DNA from: the human T2T-CHM13v2.0 reference genome, Homo sapiens
DNA: 64,000 bases
Reading direction: 5' to 3' (one strand)
Assembly: GCF_009914755.1 (NCBI RefSeq)
Contig: NC_060929.1
Position 1 is the stretch's first letter; each line of letters starts with the position of its first letter. The notes beneath the pieces were generated by a model. It did not search any database. It saw only the letters and a program-made list of their open reading frames with translations, and had not been told where the DNA came from. Made by a program: the position numbers and the translations under genes. Shown here piece after piece: positions 49,666 through 61,920 of this stretch.

Positions 49666-49791
49666 TTGTGTTGTTATGACTCTTTAACCTTTTTTAATCT
49701 GGAGCATTTCCACAACATTTCTTTGTCTTTTATGGATAATATTGACATATCTGAAGAATACACATCCCCCTTTTAATAGAACATTCCTTCC

Positions 49792-50074
49792 GGCCAGGCG
49801 CTGTGGCTCATGCCTATAATCCTAGCACTTTGGGAGGCCGAGGAGGGCAGATCATGCGGTCAGGAGATCAAGACCATTGCCAACATGGTGAAACCCCATC
49901 TCTACTCAAATACAAAAAAAAAAAAAAAAAAAAAAATTAGCCGGGCATGGTGGCGCATGCCTGTAGTCCCAGCTACTTGGGAGAAGAATCGCCTGAACCC
50001 GGGAGGCGGAGGTTGCAGTGAGCCGAGATCATGCCACTGTACTCCAGCCTGGCAAGAGAGTGAGACTTGGTCTC

Positions 50075-50104
<30 letters not shown>
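49792..50104 (+). mobile_element. Alu (sense), intron 1
   Basis: Full Alu. TSD AGAACATTCCTTC. Confidence 0.94.
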
Positions 50105-50105
<1 letters not shown>

Positions 50106-50448
50106 GAACATTCCTTCCTTATTCTGAGTTTGTCTGATACTTTCCTCGTTGTTCGATTGAGGTTATACATTTTTGGTCGGAATAGGTGATGTCGTGTCTC
50201 TCTCAGTCACACATTATCTATCTGTCCTTCTTAGATGATAATTAGTTTTGATCACGGGGTCAAGGTATTGCCTAATTTCCTTATTACGTAGATTATGTAG
50301 AGTGTTTTTTTTTTCATCCTTTCTTGCAACTTTAAGCAGCATGTGGGTAAATACTTTAAGACCATCAGATAACCCTCTTGTCTAAATTTTTGCCTAGACT
50401 CGGCATCCATTGATCATTCATCCAAAACTAGATCATCCATTGATGTAA

Positions 50449-50811
<363 letters not shown>

Positions 50812-50935
50812 TGATGACTTTCCAACTCCACTTAGACTTAAGAACTTTTTAAATTTGATGGATGTAATTAGAGATCAGTAGCTACATTTTTGTAATTTTA
50901 AGAAAGAAAAATTTATTCCTTGCTTTCCCATGCAG

Positions 50936-51161
50936 GATGGCCCAACAGCAGGCCTTGAGGTTCCGAGGTCCGGCTCCCCCACCAAATGCAGTGATGCGAG
51001 GCCCACCACCTCTGATGCGACCTCCTCCACCTTTTGGTATGATGCGAGGCCCTCCTCCACCACCACGGCCGCCCTTTGGACGTCCTCCTTTTGATCCTAA
51101 TATGCCGCCAATGCCTCCTCCAGGAGGGATACCTCCACCTATGGGCCCTCCACACCTCCAG
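50936..51161 (+). CDS. TCERG1: TCERG1 exon 2, Pro/Gly/Met-rich region (MAQQQALRFRGPAPPP...GPPHLQ)
   Basis: Acceptor ttcccatgcag|G, donor CAG|gtaaag. 226 nt, cumulative 285 nt = 95 codons. Matches ORF track 50937..51251. Confidence 0.97.
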
Positions 51162-53062
51162 GTAAAGAATGTAGAGGTTGCCATTTCTTTGTTGGCATCA
51201 TTATCAATATTATATATGGGTTTTGAGTTAAAAACTTACATTCTTAAATAGTTTCAGTTTATAGGAAAATGGGAGCTAAAGAGAAGATCCATATATTAAT
51301 ATGTTTCTTCTGAATTAGTGGTAGCAGTAATTACTATGGAAATTCAGAATAGGACTTTAGATGGTGATAGAGAAGTATGTGTATAAAACCAGGATTCAAT
51401 AGTTTTTACCTACCTTTAGCTCTGTGAATTGGCTTTAGTAATGCATCTTCTTTATGGGAAATGAAGTTTGAAATTTTAAGATATTTTTGAGTGGAGAAAA
51501 TTTATTTTCAATGATATATGTTGCCAGCAAGTCTAAAAATATATGTGTATATGTTCCTGAGTAAGTCTTCCTCCTGGAAATGGTGCCTAGGATAGAATCT
51601 GGAAAGTGACAGCAAACACATTTTATAAGCACATAGTTGAATTTTTTTTCTCCCCTGGGGGGAAAATAGGGTTATCTTACTCTTTTTGAAAACGATTTAT
51701 TATGGGATTTCTTTAAATAAAAACATTTATGGTATTTTAACCTGGGGCATAGATCCTTCTCCAGTGTATCCAGACTTACTGTCTGAGGTGAGGTCATGAA
51801 GGTATGAACTCTCAAATGTCTCATTTTGGGATTGTATTCTTTTTGAGTATGTATCTATGTTTTCTTAGTTTAGTCTGTATAATTCTGAAACCAAATAAAT
51901 ATAGTGGTATCATCTGCCTTCCATTAGCTTAGACAGTGAAGAATGAATTATACTAAAAATGGAAGAAGACAATGATGTGCCATTTAAGTGATGTTAATTC
52001 TGTTTAGGTAGGGTTGTGGTTATGGAAGAGACAGGTTTTAATACTTTGCTTAATAATTTTATGGCCTTCCTAATAACGAATAGCCTCTCCTTCCTTTAAA
52101 CACACTGTTAAATGGTTTTATATTTGCTTCAAGGTTAGAATAAGAAATAGTTTTTTTAACTTATTCTGGTATAATCTTTAACGTGAATTTGTTCTAATTT
52201 GTGACTTTAAGAGTTAAACCTACTTTGGAGTATTATAAAATGTAATGGACTAATGTAACCCTCTCATTGAAATATATCAAATGTTGTGCTAAGATACTTT
52301 CTAATGTTGTCATGCCTTTCTTGGTCTTGGATAATTGTTTGGCTTTATATTAAGTCCAAGTGATTTTCAGCCAAGGGCTCATGAAACGTATTTGGGATAG
52401 ATATTTTATATAACCTAGATCTGGTGTGCTGACGCTTGAAAGATACTCAACTGAATCCAGCAAAGATTGGAGTATGGGAAAGACATTTTTAGGAAAATAA
52501 AGTACAACTTCACACTATTAGCATAGTTTGAGTTCCATTATCCAGATTAAGCTGCTTTTGATAATTGAATTTTAATGTTACTTACAGCTTATAGAGGAAA
52601 TCTTTTAAATCCCTGCTCAAAATGTTTTTATAATGTCATAATGTCAAATTTTTAATTTTGAAACTCATTTTTATGCACAGTGAAAACTTTTTCTTGAAGG
52701 ATTCTTCAAGAAGCTGTGGAGACAGTGATGTGCCTGGTATTAAAACAGGATATAAAAATCAATTTTTTAAAAAAAGTAATCCAGCGCCCTGTGTGTGAAA
52801 ATCAGATCATGTAGAAAGGAGAAAGCAGAATTCACTGACAGTGTTATAACCCAGAGTTGACCACTATTAGTAGTTTGATGTGTTTCTTTCTAGTTTGTTT
52901 GGTAATTTTTGTTGCAGACATTTTGCTTCTATGACAGGTGAATGTGTTTGAATAGACTATAAAACTAGTTTCTCTTACTGTGTTTTACTTTTGAATAGAA
53001 TTCAGTAATAATTTGGAGGAAAAGTAATTAAAGTGACCATTACTGTTTTTGTGAATTAACAG

Positions 53063-53215
53063 AGACCACCTTTCATGCCTCCTCCCATGAGTTCCATGCC
53101 TCCTCCTCCGGGTATGATGTTTCCACCAGGAATGCCTCCTGTGACTGCTCCTGGTACTCCAGCACTACCTCCTACGGAGGAGATATGGGTTGAAAATAAA
53201 ACTCCAGATGGGAAG
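53063..53215 (+). CDS. TCERG1: TCERG1 exon 3, Pro-rich region and first half of WW1 (RPPFMPPP...EEIWVENKTPDGK)
   Basis: Acceptor ttaacag|AGA, donor AAG|gtaaat. 153 nt, phase 0-0. Confidence 0.97.
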
Positions 53216-53374
53216 GTAAATAATAAAATATATTTAAGTTGTCATTTGTTGACAGAGGAGTAAAACTTAAAGAGTTCTGGCAGATTGAGGTCAGTGATAC
53301 TGTCATTTAAGAATGAGCCCTGGGTGAGCAGGGAATGGGGTAAGACTTCAGGAGAAGCTGACTGGATTTAGTTT

Positions 53375-53655
53375 TTGTGCAGCAGATATAAGGTTGCCTG
53401 GAGTGCTAACACACATTTACCTGTGATTCTGGAAGCTTCTGGTCACATTGGTACCATCTGCCTAGCACATACCAAATTCCAGGCTCCTAGAAGGAAAGCA
53501 GGTGTTCAGCGTAGCTGGTTTAGGCACATCGAGCCATTCTTATCAGTAAGGGAATGTCAACCCTCCTGAAATCCAAGTTCTTGGACTCCAGATAAGGGTC
53601 AGCAGGGCTTTCTACAGATAGCTGTCTCAGGTCTGTTATGTTGAATTTCTGCATA
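53375..53655. mobile_element. MER21-family LTR fragment, intron 3
   Basis: accaaattccagg...agaaggaaagcaggtgttcagc...aaatccaagttc...gtctcagg. Confidence 0.7.
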
Positions 53656-53719
53656 AAACATAACATGGGTTTTCCTTTGTGCTCATTATAGAAAATTGGG
53701 CTGTGGGGTGGAATTACCT

Positions 53720-54658
<939 letters not shown>

Positions 54659-54763
54659 CTACGTTATTTTTAAATAGCTTTAAAGATAAAATATGGTTCC
54701 ATTCTTGTTTTTAATAATAACTGACAGATTTTATGATACCATTGATTTTTGCTTCCGCTGCAG

Positions 54764-55217
54764 GTTTATTATTATAATGCTCGGACACGTGAATCTGCAT
54801 GGACCAAGCCAGATGGAGTTAAGGTTATTCAGCAATCAGAACTGACACCTATGCTTGCAGCCCAGGCACAGGTTCAGGCTCAGGCCCAGGCGCAGGCTCA
54901 GGCCCAGGCGCAGGCTCAGGCCCAGGCACAAGCTCAGGCCCAGGCTCAGGCTCAGGCCCAGGCCCAGGCCCAGGCCCAGGCCCAGGCCCAAGCCCAAGCC
55001 CAGGCCCAGGCTCAGGCTCAGGCACAAGCTCAGGCCCAGGCCCAGGCTCAGGTCCAGGCCCAGGTCCAGGCACAAGTGCAAGCACAAGCAGTTGGAGCTT
55101 CCACCCCTACGACCAGTAGCCCAGCACCTGCAGTATCCACTTCAACATCATCATCCACCCCTTCCTCTACCACTTCTACCACAACAACTGCTACTTCAGT
55201 TGCGCAGACAGTATCAA
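54764..55217 (+). CDS. TCERG1: TCERG1 exon 4, second half of WW1 ([16 protein letters not shown]), Gln-Ala repeat, Ser/Thr-rich tract
   Basis: Acceptor ccgctgcag|GTT, donor TCAA|gtgagt. 454 nt, ends phase 1. The WW signature (W...YYY...W-x-x-P) is completed across exons 3 and 4. Confidence 0.98.
54863..55090 (+). repeat. TCERG1: Coding quasi-tandem hexamer repeat, 38 units (34 Gln-Ala, 4 Gln-Val), with a pure (CAGGCC)6 core at 54953-54988
   Basis: Counted unit by unit: 228 nt = 38 x 6. Confidence 0.97.
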
Positions 55218-58200
55218 GTGAGTACCACTCAGCATGTGTTTTTATATAGGGGCTAGAGACATGAACAAGTAGGGGACTACATTTCATATTGATCCCAGTG
55301 TTTCTGGTATTATCCTTTAATACCAGAATTATTTAAAATACATTTTTGACACTAAAACTTTTGGGTTAGAGGAAAACAGGAATTTATATTAACAGGAGAA
55401 ATTATTTGCCCAGTTGCAGTTTATGAAGCTAAATTGAGAAAGTGCAAAGTTAGCTGTTCCACTTGGCCAACAGTAATGCTGGGCATTGTGGGTTTGCAAA
55501 ATAAGTGTAAGTCTTGGTCCCTACCTTACAGTTTCCAGTATTCCTAATCGAGGAGGCAAGAATAACACGTGTTAAACAATTAGATATTGGTGTGCAAAAC
55601 TATACAGTGAGAAAGATGTAAGAATTTGAGAAGTGGATAAATGAGTGGGTGGACTACATGGGTATTTATCATGAAGGAAACGGAGTAGGGTTTAAGCAGG
55701 TTCACAGGTAAGGAAAGGATTTTCAGGTAGGAGAAGCAACATGAATAAAGGTCAGGAAAATGATAAATGTAGTTTATGGGTTTTTAGGAAACTTCTGAGG
55801 TGAGAGGGTGTTTTTTTTGAAGGGTCTTAAGAACTAGGCAAATAGGTGAGACAGGCACTGGGGGCCTGTATAAATGCAGTATTTTGGAGGATTTTTTTTG
55901 GTGTTGGTTTTTTGGGTGGTGATGAAATAAGGGAGGTTTATTAGGAGCTTCTCAGTAATCTCTTTTAGAATAGTTTCTAGACTGGGATGCGAGTAGGTGA
56001 ATTGAGGAGTTGCCATAGAAGGGAGCAGTCAGAAAGGCAGGAGAATTTTCAGGTGTAAACTCACAGAGGCCCAAAGAGTAGATCTTTTCTGAAAAGGTGA
56101 GAGTCGATTAATAGCAGATTTCAGAGATTAAGAGAGGGACACAGCTATTAATTTGCTTAAAAGATTGTTATTAATGTGACAATATTGCTTTCTTTTTGGG
56201 GGGTTTCTTTCTTTTTTTCTTTTTTCTTTTTTTTTTTGTATCAATATATGGATGTTGCTCCTTACTCTGCAGGTTGAGACTAAGCCCGAAAGTACTTAAA
56301 TAATGATTTTTTTATTTGATTATTTGTTATGGCACTTGTCTCAAGATACACAGCTGTCCCTACAGTGTGATTATAATTTGTATTATTTTACTACCAGGAT
56401 AATTGATAAGAATAAAGAAAAAATGTGGGGTTTTTTTGTGATTACTTCAGGGACTTGGGAATTATTAGTGTGTAAGAAATACGTATAAGAGAGAAATTAA
56501 TTCACATTGGCTTCAAATTTGAATTTATTTTATTGATAAAAAGCAACTGAAGCAGTCAAGTAAGGTACATATAATATGGGGATAGCCTTTAAAGATCCTC
56601 TTAATGGTTTTTAGACATTTTGTAGCGGGGGAATGTACTGAACAGGAAAATATGAATAGTGTTTTACAAATCTGTTTGCTTTTGTAGTGAAGGTGAATTT
56701 TGATATGAAAGTATAACAGTCATACTAGCTAGTCTGTTAAGGGTTGTTACCTTTTTATAGGTTTAGTGCTTCCCAAACCTCTGTGGCAAGGCAGGAGACT
56801 ACCAGTTTTTATGGGAGACCTGTGGTAGTAATGAGAGAAGGGGATTAATAAAAGCAATGTAGTTTTATGTGGAGGCTCTGTGTTGCTTACATTTTCTTTC
56901 CTGCGTTCTTAGAAAGGAGAAATAGTAGTGCTTCGTTTTGTTTTAGGAAAGGTGATGAGCTAGATAATTTAACCATACTATATATAGTCCATGTCTGTTT
57001 TCAGAGTAGTGTGTCAGTAAGCTCATAGCTGTCTTGTGTCCTGTTTGTCAGTTTTGCTTTACTCTTCAGTGATTGGGAGGACTTTATTCCCAGAAATATA
57101 ATATAGCAAAATCATATTCTTTTTACTGCTTTTAAACATCAATTTTGATGTTGTCTACGTATTCCAGTGTGTGTTTTTATTTTACTTGATTTAGCATCAT
57201 AAAGTGTTGTCTTACTGCAATCTTAATATTTCTCCATCTATTATATATAGTCACTTGTCTTTTTTAGTTAAGATCTGAGGCTGGGTTAGTATATTTTGAG
57301 GCCTAGTGCTTCACTAGCTACTTTAGCAAATGAAGTTAGTGGGAATTTACCCACTGAAGTCTTAGATACCATTCTCCCAGTTTCCCATTATTTTATTGCT
57401 TTTGTTCTTTTCCTGTCGTGACTCATGGCTGCTAATCAAATTCAGAAAATGCTGTGCTGGAAAGTAAGAGGAATGGGTTGTAAATATTTTTTGTCATCTC
57501 CATTGGTGTTCTTTTCCACTTGAAATTTGATGCCCTTATTTATTTTCCTGACTATAGTACTTTGGATCACAATTTTAGCAATTATCTGAATACTATAATA
57601 ATATTTAAATTTTAATTTTCTGAGCTACAGTATAGATCTGTGGGGTAAATGGGACTAAAAATTAAGAATATATTTTAATCCCAGTTGAGCATAAACTCAT
57701 TTTGTGCAAGTTTGTGAAAAATGATGAAGAAATCCTACTTCTCAGGGAAGTTGGGAACAATGACCAGATACATTTTCAGCCATTATAGTAGATTACAAAT
57801 GCTAAATGGTATATGTATGGGACTGGGCAAATGTTGCATGTACTTTGTATTTTTCACACTGTTATAAAATTATATTAATATGATACTGTACCCTAAGGCT
57901 AGGTCTATGCTAGACCAACAATTCATTCCTGGGCCCCTGAAGATACTTGTTTGGCCCTGCTGTCTATTTAGCCAAGGTGAGTCCCTCATTAACAAGTACG
58001 AAATTGCTCACATCTTCCCAGCCTAAGTGAGTTTTTCATTATTAGAAGCTAGAAAAAGATACTGACAGATTTTGTTGTCAGTTGGATTATTGGGTGATTT
58101 GTATTAAATAGTGTGCTTTTGTTTAGAACAAAGTTGGCATAAAGATTGGGAAAGCACTGTTTTCATTTTATTTCATTTGACAAATTCATTCTTAGTCCGA

Positions 58201-59430
58201 TACAGGTAGACATTTTTTTCTTTACATCAAAAAAAGATGAAGTATTTGTTACCAATGAATTACCAAAATGAATTTTATTTTGGAACTAGATGGGTTATGA
58301 ATAAATAACAAAATTGTTTTGTAACATGTGAGAATTGAAACTGAAAAGTATGAAATAAGGATTTTAGTTTTTAGTTTGATTTTAAATGCAATTACTAGGA
58401 ATGGGATGTTTTATTTTCGATATTTAAAAATAATGTGTTAGCAGAACCCAAATGATCCTGAATTTCACATTTTCCTGGTCTCTCACAATGGAAACCTCAG
58501 TTTAAAAAAATTTTATTTTTTTAAAATAATGAGAGAAACCTGAGTTGTTTTTGATTCCATTCATTCATATCCAGTTAGTCATTAGTTATTTGCTTATCTT
58601 TTTCTGTTCTTTTCTTCCTATGCATCTGTGAGGTTAATTCATCAAATGAAACCTGTTTATTACTCTTCCATACAGGAACCTTTAGTTTGCTATATACCCA
58701 TTTACCTTCATGAAATCACATAAATAATGTGAATGCATTCTTATAAAAAGTTCAAAGTCTAACAAAACGTATATATTAATAGTAAAATGTGAAAGAGGCA
58801 TACACAGAGGGTAACTACCATTAATGTATTTTGTCTTGTATTCTACTAGATAATTTTCTCTATATTTACCTAAGTTCTGCCCTTTTCCTATCCATTTAAG
58901 GGCATACTCCTTAGCCTTTTGTTCAAGGCTTTCTAATTTCTGCTTCTGGCCTACCTTTCCAGCCACACAACTCACTAGTTTTGTTGGTATGCCTACTGTT
59001 TCACTCATTAATTGCTTGCCTTCAATTTTCTAAACAATTCCTTTTGGTTCTTTACTCTTTGCCTTATTCATACTTTTCTCACTGGTTTATTTTTTTCTTC
59101 TACCCCTTCCTGCTGTTTTTCTTGTTGAAATCTTAATTTTTCAAGGCGCAGCATCCCAATATAAACTTTTCTATACCCTCTCACAGTTAGAAATGTTCTT
59201 TGGGTCTTGATTTTTACTCCTATATGTTTATCCCATTTTACTTTGTATTCATTTTTGTATTTCATTTAAGTATTTTCAAGCTTCTTGAAGATAAGACCTT
59301 TTGACAAATTTCTTGCAGTGCATAGAATGGTCCCTTAAATACTTAAATTACTGAATGTGTAAATGATGAATGAATATAGTAAAATGATTTATGAAGGAGT
59401 GATACATGTTTTTGTTTTATCTTTTATCAG

Positions 59431-59673
59431 CACCCACAACACAAGATCAGACCCCAAGTTCTGCTGTTTCAGTTGCCACGCCTACAGTTAGTGTTTCAAC
59501 TCCTGCTCCTACAGCCACACCTGTGCAAACCGTTCCCCAGCCGCACCCTCAGACGTTACCTCCTGCTGTTCCTCATTCAGTACCTCAGCCAACAACAGCA
59601 ATACCTGCTTTTCCACCAGTAATGGTACCTCCGTTTCGTGTTCCCCTTCCTGGCATGCCAATTCCACTTCCAG
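59431..59673 (+). CDS. TCERG1: TCERG1 exon 5, Thr/Pro-rich linker (TPTTQDQ...GMPIPLP(G)); the gene continues beyond the window
   Basis: Acceptor cttttatcag|CAC, donor CCAG|gtaaac. 243 nt, phase 1-1, in frame with exon 4. Confidence 0.96.
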
Positions 59674-60009
59674 GTAAACCAACAGATTATAATGGTCTTT
59701 CCAGCTATGTTTTCATATTGTCAGTTAGTTTGTTCTCATGTGTCTGTTGCGTTTGAAATTTGCCTTGAATCTCACCTGTTTGAAACGTTTTTGAAAGATT
59801 CATGGCTAACTGCAATATTTTCTCTTAAGTTTTGGTAAATGTCCTTTTTTTGTTGTTGTTTACATGTCCTAAAATTAGAGCCACATTTAAAGCTACACTT
59901 ATTTTGGATAATGCCCTCAATGAGTTAAAAATGATTATCTTTTCATGTAAATAATGTTCTAAATGCAATATTTTTGAAGGGTTGAGTTTATGAAGTTGAG
60001 AAATCACGT

Positions 60010-60225
60010 CACAATAGCTAACACAAGTTGGATGATTTATATACAGTGCACTGTTGTAAGCATGTTACATGCATTAACTCCTTTAATTTTTACAACCCAT
60101 GTTACGAGATAGGTACACAGACAGGTTAAATTACTTGCCCAAGGTCACATAGCTAATAAGTGATGATGTTGAGATTTGAGCCTGTGCCCTCCACATCCAG
60201 ATAGTAAGCTTTTAATAACTATGTT
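60010..60225. mobile_element. MIR, intron 5 (further MIR/L2 remnants at ~43870-46880 and ~55440-56100)
   Basis: ggttaaattacttgcccaaggtcacatagctaataagtg...gagatttga. Confidence 0.8.
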
Positions 60226-61520
60226 AATACTGGGAAGAAAATGTGAGTGATTTAACTATAAAACAATTCATATAAAACAGGAACTAGAAGGTTCCCTTGT
60301 AACAATTATGAAGTAAAGCATAATGTGCATCATTTAAAAGTTTAAATTGTTATGGTGAATTAATGTGTTATATTGTCTTAAGAGAAGTCATTAAAACTAG
60401 AGAAAGAATTAAGAAATATTGTGGAGTGGAATTCTTACCATAGGGTTTAAAAATGATAGTGTTGGGCATTCCAAATTTGAATGCATTAGTTTTTGTCAAA
60501 CACATTTAATCCTTGATCCATGGTTCATTCTCCTTGTGTTATAGTTGAAAGTATTGGTACCTTAGAGAGGTCAGGTTCACAGGGCTAGTTTGTAGCAAAG
60601 ATGAATAGAACTTAGGCCTCTTGTCTCTCAAGTTCACATTCCATCCACTTATTGCTACTTTCTTATACTCGTTTCTGTGTAAGAATACAGTTGTGATACA
60701 GCTATTTCTTAGATTTGCACACATCTTAATTATCACTATTGCACTGGTTGTCTTTTTCTTTGTGACCACTCTGAAAAGGACACCTTCAGATATACCTTGT
60801 CAAGAAAGAAACCAAAAATTTCAGGTTTTTTTTTTAATTTGGAAAACCTTGTATACATTGTTGATGTAGTGTTAGATAATTAAATGCCCATTATGTGGTG
60901 TTTAAGAAATTCAAATCATTTAAAAAGAAAACAAAAGATGTTTTCCCTACTATTAGGGATTATCCCTTTTCTAGATTAAATTTAAGACAAGCAGCTGGAT
61001 ACTTTTCTCTATGTGTAATTTTTCTGGGAAAACTAAATCATAGATGGAGAATAGCCTGATATTTGTCACAACCTCTTTTTGTAATTTTGGTCTGCTTTAG
61101 GGTTAAGGACAGTATTAAGACCAGATCGTGGATTCTGAGTGATCTCAAGGAGTTGGGGTTGCTCATTTTGTAGAGGGAAGATTGAGAGGTAGCATGATAA
61201 TGTTGTTGAAGTATTTTGAAAGGCTGTCATTTGAACAACTTTTGCTTTTCTTTAGAGGTTCTTATTAGGACTAATGGATGAAAGGTACACAATAGCAAAA
61301 TGTATTTCTATAGAAAGTAGAAGTTTCTCACAATAAAATCCCTCTGGCTCTAGCTTCATTTTGATGTCATATTTTCCCCAAAATATGATGACATATTTTG
61401 ATGTCATATGGAGCAAGCATATCCTTGCTCCATCATTAAAAAGATTTGGACAGGTGGTGGTGACCATTTGAGTCACCAAATGAAGCAGTACCTGTGAAGT
61501 TTGGCAGTAGAAGTCATTCA

Positions 61521-61920
<400 letters not shown>

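Noticed and set aside
50875-51184. Gly-rich antisense ORFs over exon 2
   Set aside because: They are the mirror of Pro codons (CCN reads as NGG on the other strand), with no independent evidence.
54863-55090. Regular repeat array considered as CRISPR-like
   Set aside because: It has no unique spacers, is a coding hexamer repeat, and the context is eukaryotic.
57005-57016. Possible 12-nt stop-containing microexon (ttttcag|AGTAGTGTGTCA|gtaagc) in intron 4
   Set aside because: The pyrimidine tract is short and such AG/GT pairs are frequent in AT-rich introns. Unsupported without RNA data.
56952-57280. Box C-like GTGATGA suggesting an intronic C/D snoRNA
   Set aside because: There is no box D with a terminal stem at a plausible distance. 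The next CTGA I saw is over 300 nt away.
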